Origin: Collinsella sp.
GTDB taxonomy: Bacteria > Actinomycetota > Coriobacteriia > Coriobacteriales > Coriobacteriaceae
DNA length: 64,000 nucleotides
NCBI GenBank assembly: GCA_048519165.1
Contig: DBFZVF010000010.1
Span: forward strand, 177-64,176
Direction: 5' to 3'
Below the pieces are notes generated by a model that was not told where the DNA came from, made no database searches, and saw nothing but the letters and a program-made list of their open reading frames with translations. The number at the start of each line of letters is the position of its first letter. Position 1 is the stretch's first letter. The position numbers were made by a program, and so were the translations under genes. Of the stretch, positions 20,129 through 27,607 are shown piece by piece.

Positions 20129-21302
20129 AGCGACTCCTTCCAAAGATCAGCGTGGCGGTGGCAACGAACAGCAGCGCCATCAGGACGAGCGCGCCGGCGC
20201 GAACGGCAAAGGGGCCCAGGTCCTCAAAGAAATACAGGCGGTTGAACATGTCGCAGATAAGCTTGACGGGGTTGAGCCAGCACTCGGCCGGACAGGCGCG
20301 GGCGACGTCGTCGGCAAGCGCCATCGCCGGCTCGCCGTAGAGGCCGGCGAACAAGGCGCACGTGGTAGCAAAGCCCGTAAGGATGCCGGACTTGGACGCC
20401 TTGCCGCCCTTAACGGGAAGCGTGCCCACAAAGAGTCCCAAGCCCGTGGCGGCAAGCGCGGAAGCGGCGCCGCCCACCAAACACAGTCCCTCGCGCCCGC
20501 CAAAGTCGACACCCACGACCAGGCGCACGTAGCCGATCGCAATCGCCATCGAGGCAAAGGAGACCAGCCACGAGCCCACAAAGATACCGGCCAGTGACGC
20601 CGTTTTGGAAAGACCACCCACGCAGCGACGTGCGCCAAGGCCGGACAGATTGGGCTGTAAATCGACGACGCTCAAGGCGGCAAACTCGGCAGACATCATC
20701 GCAACCAGGCCAAAGAGCGCGTAGTAGTAGATGACCGTGCCATCGGGCGTGGTGCGCGTCAGGCTTACGCGGCGGGTGCCGCCCTCGAGCGACAGGGCGC
20801 GCGCAACCGCCTCCGGGTCGGCGAGCGCCGCCGGGTTGTCTTGGGCAATCTGGGACATGAGCTCGGCATTTTGTGTATACGAGCTTGCCACCGTCTCCAG
20901 GATGCTGCGATCGGTGAGCACCGACGAGGCGCGCGAGCTGCCGTAGCTCGAAAGCAGTGTGAGTTTGGGCGTGCCTTCAGCGTCGACCGTATAGATGCCC
21001 GCGACCTCGCCGGCCTTGAGCGCACGGTTCGCGGCGGCTGCGTCGTCGCACTCGTGGATCTCGAGCAGCCGATCGTCGCCTTCCTTGGCAAGCGACGTCG
21101 CCACGTCCTTAAAGGTCGAGGCGTCCCAGGCCTCATCCGCTACGACGGCCACCGGCACCGGGTCGACCGTGCCGTCGGAGCTCAGATTCGCAAACATAAA
21201 CACGAACATCGTGGAAAGCGCGATGGGAAAGAGAGCGCCCCAGACCCACGTGCTCGGCCGGCGCAGCAGGGTCTTGACCGTGGTGATGATGGTGTTGAAC
21301 AT
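20115..21302 (-). CDS. ABC-2 type exporter permease
   Basis: WGALFPIAL, large extracytoplasmic loop, YYYALFG, WLNP; overlaps the next gene. Confidence 0.88.
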   Translation of the reverse strand: MFNTIITTVKTLLRRPSTWVWGALFPIALSTMFVFMFANLSSDGTVDPVPVAVVADEAWDASTFKDVATSLAKEGDDRLLEIHECDDAAAANRALKAGEVAGIYTVDAEGTPKLTLLSSYGSSRASSVLTDRSILETVASSYTQNAELMSQIAQDNPAALADPEAVARALSLEGGTRRVSLTRTTPDGTVIYYYALFGLVAMMSAEFAALSVVDLQPNLSGLGARRCVGGLSKTASLAGIFVGSWLVSFASMAIAIGYVRLVVGVDFGGREGLCLVGGAASALAATGLGLFVGTLPVKGGKASKSGILTGFATTCALFAGLYGEPAMALADDVARACPAECWLNPVKLICDMFNRLYFFEDLGPFAVRAGALVLMALLFVATATLIFGRSRYEHL

Positions 21303-21311
21303 GGCTGCCCC

Positions 21312-22250
21312 CTAGTCGCGCAGCTCGCGGCCGGTGATCTCGAGGAACACGTCGTTGAGGGTCGGCGGCTCGCTCCACACGCGGCCGAGTGCCACGTCAG
21401 CAGCGCGCAGCGTGTCAAGGATGTCGACCAGATTGTGCGGACTCGCCTCGCAGGTGCAGACGAGCTCGCCGCCGGACAGCTCGACCGAAAGCACGTGCTC
21501 GAGGGCGCGCAGTCGCTCGACCGTAGCGGGCTCGACGGCGCCGACCTCGACGGTCACGCGCTCGCCCATCTGAATCATGCGCTTGAGCTCGTCGTTGGTG
21601 CCCTGCGCCAGCACGCGGCCGCCGTCCATGATCATGATGCGGCTGCAGATCTGCTCGATTTCCTCCATGTAATGGCTGGTATACACCACCGTGGCGCCCT
21701 CGTCGCGCAGGCGGCAGATGCCCTCCAGGATGGCGTTGCGGCTCTGCGGGTCGACCGCCACCGTGGGCTCGTCAAAAAAGATGAGCTCGGGCTTGTGCGC
21801 GATACCGCAGGCGATGTTGAGCCGGCGCGCCAGGCCGCCCGAGAGCTTGCCGGGGCGGAACTTGGTAAAGTCACCCAGCCCGACAAAGTCAATCGCCTCG
21901 TCCACGAGCGCGCGGCGGCGCTTGCGGTCGTTAACGTAGAGACTGCAGAAATAGTCGATGTTCTCGCGCACCGTAAGCTCGTCGAATACCGCCACCTGCT
22001 GCGGCACCACGCCGATGCGGCGCTTGAAGTCATAGCGGGCGGGCGTCATGGGCTCGCCGAACAACTCGATGGTGCCTTTGTCGTAGGCAAGCAGCTGCAG
22101 AATGCAGTTGATGGACGTGGTCTTGCCCGAGCCGTTGGGGCCCAGCAGGCCAAAGATCTCGCCGGGGGCGATGCTCAGGTTAAAGTGGTCGAGCGCGATA
22201 AGGTCGTCATAGCGCTTGACGAGGTTTTCGACGTGGACGATGTCTGTCAT
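21312..22250 (-). CDS. ABC transporter ATP-binding protein (DrrA/CcmA type)
   Basis: GPNGSGKTT, LSGGLARRL, FDEPTVAVD, TSHYMEE, PTLNDVFLEITG. Confidence 0.95.
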   Translation of the reverse strand: MTDIVHVENLVKRYDDLIALDHFNLSIAPGEIFGLLGPNGSGKTTSINCILQLLAYDKGTIELFGEPMTPARYDFKRRIGVVPQQVAVFDELTVRENIDYFCSLYVNDRKRRRALVDEAIDFVGLGDFTKFRPGKLSGGLARRLNIACGIAHKPELIFFDEPTVAVDPQSRNAILEGICRLRDEGATVVYTSHYMEEIEQICSRIMIMDGGRVLAQGTNDELKRMIQMGERVTVEVGAVEPATVERLRALEHVLSVELSGGELVCTCEASPHNLVDILDTLRAADVALGRVWSEPPTLNDVFLEITGRELRD

Positions 22251-22318
22251 GAGGCGGCCCTCCTGTTGATTGCGGCCCGGTACGATTGCATCATCGCAGG
22301 AGCCGCCGGCGCGCGCCA

Positions 22319-22395
22319 GTGAGCTTTGTCACGAGTGCGGGGCTTGGCCGTGTGGCCGCCGACGCCCCCGATTTGTCGCGCGGGAGGAATGTCAC
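22319..22395. promoter_or_regulatory. Candidate response-regulator boxes in the divergent promoter
   Basis: GTGAGCTTTGTCAC (22319-22332) and GGGAGGAATGTCAC (22382-22395), 63 bp apart. Confidence 0.5.
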
Positions 22396-22446
22396 GGTTG
22401 CGCAGGCGGCCCCTCCACTACGCGCGGCTTCGCGTACAATACCCGT

Positions 22447-23589
22447 ATGAACAGGCTTTTCGACAAATCGATCGTGCTGGCGTGCTGCATCGCAGCCGCC
22501 ACGGGCCTTGCTGTGGACGCTCGCCTGGTCGCGGCGTTTTGCCTTGGTGTTATTGCCACCTCGCTGGCCGAGCTCGCGCAGAAGGAACGCACGCGCCGCA
22601 CAAGCGAGGCCGCGAGCTGCGCTTACATCATCGCGGCCGTCTTCGTGCCGCCGTTTGTGCCGTTTGCGCCTCTCGCCCTCTATGACATCGCACGACGCGT
22701 GCACCGTGAGCGTGCCTGGATCGCACTGAGCATTGGCTCCGTCTTTGCTTTTGCGCTCATTGCGGACCTACGCGCCGACGCGCTCACCGCCCGAACGTTT
22801 CTACTGACCGCCATCCTTTCAGTTGCCGCCACCTTGTTATCGCTACGTACCGCCCAGTTGGAGCGCGAGCAGCAGCGCATGCGCCGCATCCGCGACGAGC
22901 TGCAGGAACGAGCTCTCGCGCTCGAAGCGCGCAACCGCGACCTTGCCGATCGTCAGGACTACGAAGTCGAGCTCGCGACACTCGCCGAACGCGCCCGTAT
23001 CGCGCGCGAGATCCACGATAACGTCGGCCACCAGCTCACGCGCGCCTCGCTGCAGACCGAGGCCCTGCGCGTCGTGCACGCCGACGAGCCCAGGGTTGCC
23101 GCCGATTTCGCCGACGTCAAACGCACGGTTGACGAGGCGCTCCAGCTTGTGCGCACCAGCGTCCACGCGCTCAACGACAACGCCGTCGACCTTTCCGTGC
23201 AGCTCGAACGCATTGTCGAAGGCGCGCACTCGGACGGCGGCCCGCAGATTGAGCTTGAAGTTATGGCCGAACATGCGCCCGCAAACGTCGCCAACTGCTT
23301 TGCGGCAGTCCTGCGCGAGGCGCTCTCCAACACCATGCGCCACGCTTGCGCCCGTACTGTCACCGTACGGTGCATGGAGCATCCGTCGTTTTACCAGCTC
23401 ATCGTTACCGACGATGGCACGGGCGGGGTCCAAGCAAGCAGCCGCGGCGCCGCGGAGGGCATGGGGCTTGCCTCCATGCGCGAGCGCATCGAGGCGCTTG
23501 GCGGCACCTTCACCGCCGGTCCGCGTGCCGGCGCCGGCGGCTGGCGCGTGTTTGCCACCGTTCCCAAACAGCAAGGAGATGAGGACTGA
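22447..23589 (+). CDS. Sensor histidine kinase (HisKA_3, DesK/NarX-like)
   Basis: ERARIAREIHDNVGHQL, EALSNTMRHA, DDG, GMGLASMRER; N-terminal TMs. Confidence 0.93.
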   Translation: MNRLFDKSIVLACCIAAATGLAVDARLVAAFCLGVIATSLAELAQKERTRRTSEAASCAYIIAAVFVPPFVPFAPLALYDIARRVHRERAWIALSIGSVFAFALIADLRADALTARTFLLTAILSVAATLLSLRTAQLEREQQRMRRIRDELQERALALEARNRDLADRQDYEVELATLAERARIAREIHDNVGHQLTRASLQTEALRVVHADEPRVAADFADVKRTVDEALQLVRTSVHALNDNAVDLSVQLERIVEGAHSDGGPQIELEVMAEHAPANVANCFAAVLREALSNTMRHACARTVTVRCMEHPSFYQLIVTDDGTGGVQASSRGAAEGMGLASMRERIEALGGTFTAGPRAGAGGWRVFATVPKQQGDED

Positions 23590-24218
23590 TGAGGCTCATC
23601 GTTGTCGACGACGACCGCTTGGTGGTCGATTCGCTCAAGATTATCCTGGGCGCCCAGCCGCAGATCGAAGTGGCGGGCACCGGTGCCAACGGCAACGATG
23701 CGGTTTCGCTCTATGCCGAACACGCGCCCGATATCGCACTGCTCGACATTCAGATGCCGGGGCGTGACGGACTTTCGGCGGCACGCGAGATCCTTGAGCA
23801 CGACCCCGCGGCACGCGTCGTGTTTTTGACGACATTCTCGGATGACGAGTACATTGTGTCGGCGCTCAAGCTGGGCGCCCGCGGCTACCTAATTAAAACC
23901 GATGTCGCCGCCATTCCACCGGCGTTGGAGCAGGTCATGGACGGTAGGCGCGTGCTCGAGGGCAAGGCGATCGAGGACATCGATTTTGACGGAACGGGCG
24001 TTGAGGCGGGCACACTCCGCCGGCCCGCGGCCTTTGTCAGCCTGACCGACCGCGAGTTCGAAGTCGCCGAGCTCATCGCCCGTGGCCTCGACAACAAGGA
24101 GATTGCCGCCACGGCATACATGGGCGAAGGCACCGTGCGCAACCACATCAGCTCAATCCTTGCCAAAATGGGCCTGCGCAACCGCACGCAGATTGCCATC
24201 GCCTACCTGCGAGGGTAA
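23589..24218 (+). CDS. NarL/LuxR-family response regulator
   Basis: VDDD, LLDIQMP, FLTTF, GYLIK; LTDREFEV...NKEIA...GTVRNHISSILAKMG. Confidence 0.95.
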   Translation: MRLIVVDDDRLVVDSLKIILGAQPQIEVAGTGANGNDAVSLYAEHAPDIALLDIQMPGRDGLSAAREILEHDPAARVVFLTTFSDDEYIVSALKLGARGYLIKTDVAAIPPALEQVMDGRRVLEGKAIEDIDFDGTGVEAGTLRRPAAFVSLTDREFEVAELIARGLDNKEIAATAYMGEGTVRNHISSILAKMGLRNRTQIAIAYLRG

Positions 24219-24278
24219 TTACCCAACGGCCGACCACCCCGGCATAGCAAAATGGCTGCTACCGTTTTAATGCCATTT

Positions 24279-24432
24279 CAAAACTATGCCGGTTTACTAC
24301 GATGAATCGCCCACCTTCGACCACGGTAAATTGCGCGCTTGCAAAACCGCAGGTAGAACGCTTGCAATATTTAGAAAAATGCAGTCATGGTCGGGAATGT
24401 CGAATTCATCGTAGTAAACCGACATAGTTTTG
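24279..24432 (+). repeat. 154-bp IR-bounded element, copy 1
   Basis: Arms CAAAACTATGCCGGTTTACTACGATGAAT / ATTCATCGTAGTAAACCGACATAGTTTTG. Confidence 0.85.
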
Positions 24433-24538
24433 TTCGGGCGGCCCTGCACGAGCGCCTCCGCAAGCCTCGCGGGACCAAAATGATCCGTTTTCCTCCGTCC
24501 CCGAGAGATCAGGGGCTGGTACTGATATGGTGTCATTT

Positions 24539-24692
24539 CAAAACTATGCCGGATTACGGGGCAAAAGCCGGGGTTCTCATCCATACCTCCATTTTTTGAA
24601 AAACGGCAGGTTATCTACCTGCGGTTTTGTTTTTGCAATTTTCTGTATGGTCGGAGGTTCGCTATCCAGCCCCGTAATCCGGCATAGTTTTG
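24539..24692 (-). repeat. 154-bp IR-bounded element, copy 2 (interior inverted vs copy 1)
   Basis: Arms CAAAACTATGCCGGATTACGGGGC / GCCCCGTAATCCGGCATAGTTTTG; its reverse complement aligns colinearly with copy 1. Confidence 0.85.
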
Positions 24693-24724
24693 TTCGTGGC
24701 GGCCCAACCGCGCGTTTAAGCGCA

Positions 24725-24756
24725 GGGCCGGCGGGGCATTTTTGCCCCGCCGGCCC
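24725..24756 (-). terminator. GC-rich hairpin after the ech operon
   Basis: GGGCCGGCGGGGCA-TTTT-TGCCCCGCCGGCCC, 14-bp perfect stem, no clear U tract. Confidence 0.65.
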
Positions 24757-24767
24757 CTATTCCAGCG

Positions 24768-25109
24768 CTACTCCGACTTAGTTTCTACCGTGGGAGTCTT
24801 GTTCGCCGCGACTGGAGTGCGGGCGGTGTCCATAGTCAGGCAGTGCTTGGGGCAGCTCTCGATGCACTCGCCGCACACCACGCAGACATACGGGTCAATC
24901 GACCAGGTGCCGCCTTTGCGATCGACCGCAAGCGCGCCCGCCGGGCAACGGCGCGCGCACATGCCGCAGCAAATGCACACGTCCATGTCATTGACGATAT
25001 GCCCGCGCAGGCGCTCGGGCGCCGTCAGCTTCTCCTGCGGATAGCACACCGTGACCGGCTGCTTGACCATAGAACCCAAGGCCGTCTTGGCAAATGTCAG
25101 TAAACTCAT
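24768..25109 (-). CDS. echF: Ech hydrogenase 2x[4Fe-4S] subunit (NuoI-like)
   Basis: TVCYP...RGHI, CICCGMCARRCP, CVVCGECIESCP; last gene of the operon. Confidence 0.88.
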   Translation of the reverse strand: MSLLTFAKTALGSMVKQPVTVCYPQEKLTAPERLRGHIVNDMDVCICCGMCARRCPAGALAVDRKGGTWSIDPYVCVVCGECIESCPKHCLTMDTARTPVAANKTPTVETKSE

Positions 25110-25116
25110 GCCGCGC

Positions 25117-26205
25117 CTACCTTTCCGTGCAGCTAATGCAGGGGTCGATGGTCAGGATAATCATAGGAACGTTGGCAAGGAGCACGCCCTGCAGCGCATG
25201 TGTCAGACCCGCCAGGTTTTGCGACGTCGGCGTTCGCACGCGAAAACGGTCCAGATTCTTGGTGCCGTTACCGCGCACATAGTAGTACGCCTCGCCGCGC
25301 GGCTGCTCAATCACAACCTCGCCGCGCGCGCCGTCGGCCGGCGTGAGCTTGGTGCGCCCGCCGATACCGTCGTGTGGGATCTTGCCCACAAGCTCCTTGA
25401 TGATGTCCATGGCCTGCGTGACCTCGGCACAACGCACCTGGCAGCGGGCATAGCAGTCGCCGTCGGTGGCAACGATGGGCTCAAATGCAGCCAAGTCCGC
25501 ATAGGCACCGTCGCCAAACATGCGTACGTCGTAGTCCACGCCCGAGGCGCGCCCAAACGGGCCGACCATCGAAAGCTCCAGCGCATCCTTCTTGCTGATC
25601 ACGCCCACGCCATGCAAGCGCTCGCCGCAGCTATTGTCGTCCAAAAACGTATGCACCAGGGCCTCGTAGTCGGGACGCATGGCATCGAGCGTCTGGACAA
25701 TACCCGTCAGCTCGGAGTCCTCAATGTCGTGTTTAAGACCGCCGATCTCGTTGATCGACAGAATCACGCGGCCGCCGCACGTACTCTCAAAGATCTTGAG
25801 AATCTGCTCGCGCAGGGTCCACGACCGATAGAACAGCGCCTCGAAGCCAAAGGCATCGGCGAGCAGGCCCAGCCACAGCAGATGCGAGTGGATGCGCGAA
25901 AGCTCATGCAAAATGGTGCGGATATACTGCACGCGACCGGGCACTTCGATACCAAGCATACGTTCGCAGGCGCTGGCATAGCCGTAGCTGTGGCCCACGG
26001 CGCAGATGCCGCAGATGCGCTCGGCGATGTAGCCAAACTGGTGCATGTCGCGCTTTTCGGTGAGTTTCTCGAGCCCGCGGTGCACAAAGCCGATCTGCGG
26101 AATTGCCTCGATGACGCGGTCGTCCTCGATCACCAGGTCCAGATGAAGCGGCTCGGGCAGCACCGGGTGTTGCGGGCCAAACGGAATAACGGAGCGATGT
26201 GCCAT
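25117..26205 (-). CDS. echE: Ech [NiFe]-hydrogenase large subunit (group 4)
   Basis: PFGPQHP, HRGLEK, L1 ERICGIC, L2 DPCISCTER at the extreme C-terminus (no cleavable extension). Confidence 0.93.
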   Translation of the reverse strand: MAHRSVIPFGPQHPVLPEPLHLDLVIEDDRVIEAIPQIGFVHRGLEKLTEKRDMHQFGYIAERICGICAVGHSYGYASACERMLGIEVPGRVQYIRTILHELSRIHSHLLWLGLLADAFGFEALFYRSWTLREQILKIFESTCGGRVILSINEIGGLKHDIEDSELTGIVQTLDAMRPDYEALVHTFLDDNSCGERLHGVGVISKKDALELSMVGPFGRASGVDYDVRMFGDGAYADLAAFEPIVATDGDCYARCQVRCAEVTQAMDIIKELVGKIPHDGIGGRTKLTPADGARGEVVIEQPRGEAYYYVRGNGTKNLDRFRVRTPTSQNLAGLTHALQGVLLANVPMIILTIDPCISCTER

Positions 26206-26210
26206 GGACC

Positions 26211-26927
26211 TTACGCCTCCTTTTTCTGCTTGTCGCGGGCGGCCTTGGCAGCAAGCGCCGCGCGGACCTTGGCCGCTTTCTCGGGATCCATGGCGGCGAG
26301 CTTTGCCTCCATCTCGGCAGCCTTGAGCGCGGCCTTGGCAGCGGCATCGTCATGCTGAGCATCGGAGCCGGTAGCCGCAGCGGGCTGGGCGGCAACAGCG
26401 TTCGCAGCATCGCCGGCACCCGCGGCGCCCTCCCCCGCAGCAGCAGCGGCAGCGGCCTTCTCGGCCGCAGCCTTGCGCGCCTTGGCCTCTGCGGCGGCAC
26501 GGACCTTCATGGCTTTCTCGCGCGCGGCCTTCACCTCGGGTGTGATAACGCTCATGGGCTCGGCCGTTGAGACCTGGTAGAAAAAGCCCTTAAAGTCGAT
26601 CTGCATATCGGTAATGGCAAGCCCAAACAGGTCGTGCGCCTCGTTCTCAAACGGGAATACCGCCGGATAATACGAACTGATGGACGGAATCTCCTGGTAC
26701 TGGTCGATGCCCTCGACCACCAGGTTCTCGATCGCATAGCTGCCATCCTGCGCAATATGCTCCTGAGCAGCACGAGCGTTGATAAACGTATAGACCAGGC
26801 GATACGTGCCGTCGTCGACGTTGCGCTCGGCATGCATTTGCACAAAACGCGCGCCGACGCCCTTGAGCGCCTGGACATGCGACAAGAGCTCGTCGATCTC
26901 GACGGTGGTATAAATAGCCATTTGCAT
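26211..26927 (-). CDS. echD: Ech hydrogenase NuoC-like subunit with Ala/Lys-rich tail
   Basis: IPSISSYYPAVFPFENEAHDLFG. Confidence 0.85.
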   Translation of the reverse strand: MQMAIYTTVEIDELLSHVQALKGVGARFVQMHAERNVDDGTYRLVYTFINARAAQEHIAQDGSYAIENLVVEGIDQYQEIPSISSYYPAVFPFENEAHDLFGLAITDMQIDFKGFFYQVSTAEPMSVITPEVKAAREKAMKVRAAAEAKARKAAAEKAAAAAAAGEGAAGAGDAANAVAAQPAAATGSDAQHDDAAAKAALKAAEMEAKLAAMDPEKAAKVRAALAAKAARDKQKKEA

Positions 26928-27595
26928 TACTCGGCCTCCTTTGCAGCGGCGGGCGTCTCAGCAGATGCGTCGCCAGCGGCGGGCGCGGCGGGCTTCCCGG
27001 CAGGTGCGTCACCAGCGGCGGGTGCGGCGGACCTGGTGGACACGTTGGCCTCGACGCCGTCACCGGCACCGTCAGCCCCGGCCCCCGCGGCCACAAATCC
27101 GTCCTCGCCCAGCTCAACGCCGCCATCCCAGGTAGCAGCACCGCCCACGGTAAGCGGGTCACCGCCAGCACGCATCACGGCCTCCTTCTGATCCAGGATG
27201 CCGCACGCCTCCACGATGGCATCAATCACCGTCTCGGGACGAATGGCGCACCCGGGCGCGTATACGTCCACGGGAATCGCGCGGTCCACGCCTCCGATCA
27301 CGTTGTAGGCATCGCGGAATACGCCGCCCGAGCACGCGCAGATGCCGCACGCCACCACGCACTTGGGCTCGAGCATCTGGTTGTAGATCTGGCGCACGAC
27401 GGGCAGGTTCTGGGCATTGACCGACCCCGTCACCAAAAAGATGTCCGCATGCTTGGGGTTGCCGGTGTTGACCACGCCAAAGCGCTCCGCATCGAACAGC
27501 GGCGTGAGCGAGGCCAGCACCTCGATATCGCATCCGTTGCAGCTCGAGCCGTCGTAATGAATAACCCACGGCGAGCGCGACATTTTATGATCCAT
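26927..27595 (-). CDS. echC: Ech hydrogenase small subunit (NuoB-like) with Ala-rich tail
   Basis: SCNGCDIE, NPKHAD, CGICACSGG, YAPGCAIRPE. Confidence 0.92.
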   Translation of the reverse strand: MDHKMSRSPWVIHYDGSSCNGCDIEVLASLTPLFDAERFGVVNTGNPKHADIFLVTGSVNAQNLPVVRQIYNQMLEPKCVVACGICACSGGVFRDAYNVIGGVDRAIPVDVYAPGCAIRPETVIDAIVEACGILDQKEAVMRAGGDPLTVGGAATWDGGVELGEDGFVAAGAGADGAGDGVEANVSTRSAAPAAGDAPAGKPAAPAAGDASAETPAAAKEAE

Positions 27596-27607
27596 GGATG
27601 CCGCCTC

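Noticed and set aside
24297..24781. Small ORFs over the 154-bp elements
   Set aside because: Atypical composition, no SD, and fully explained by repeat DNA.
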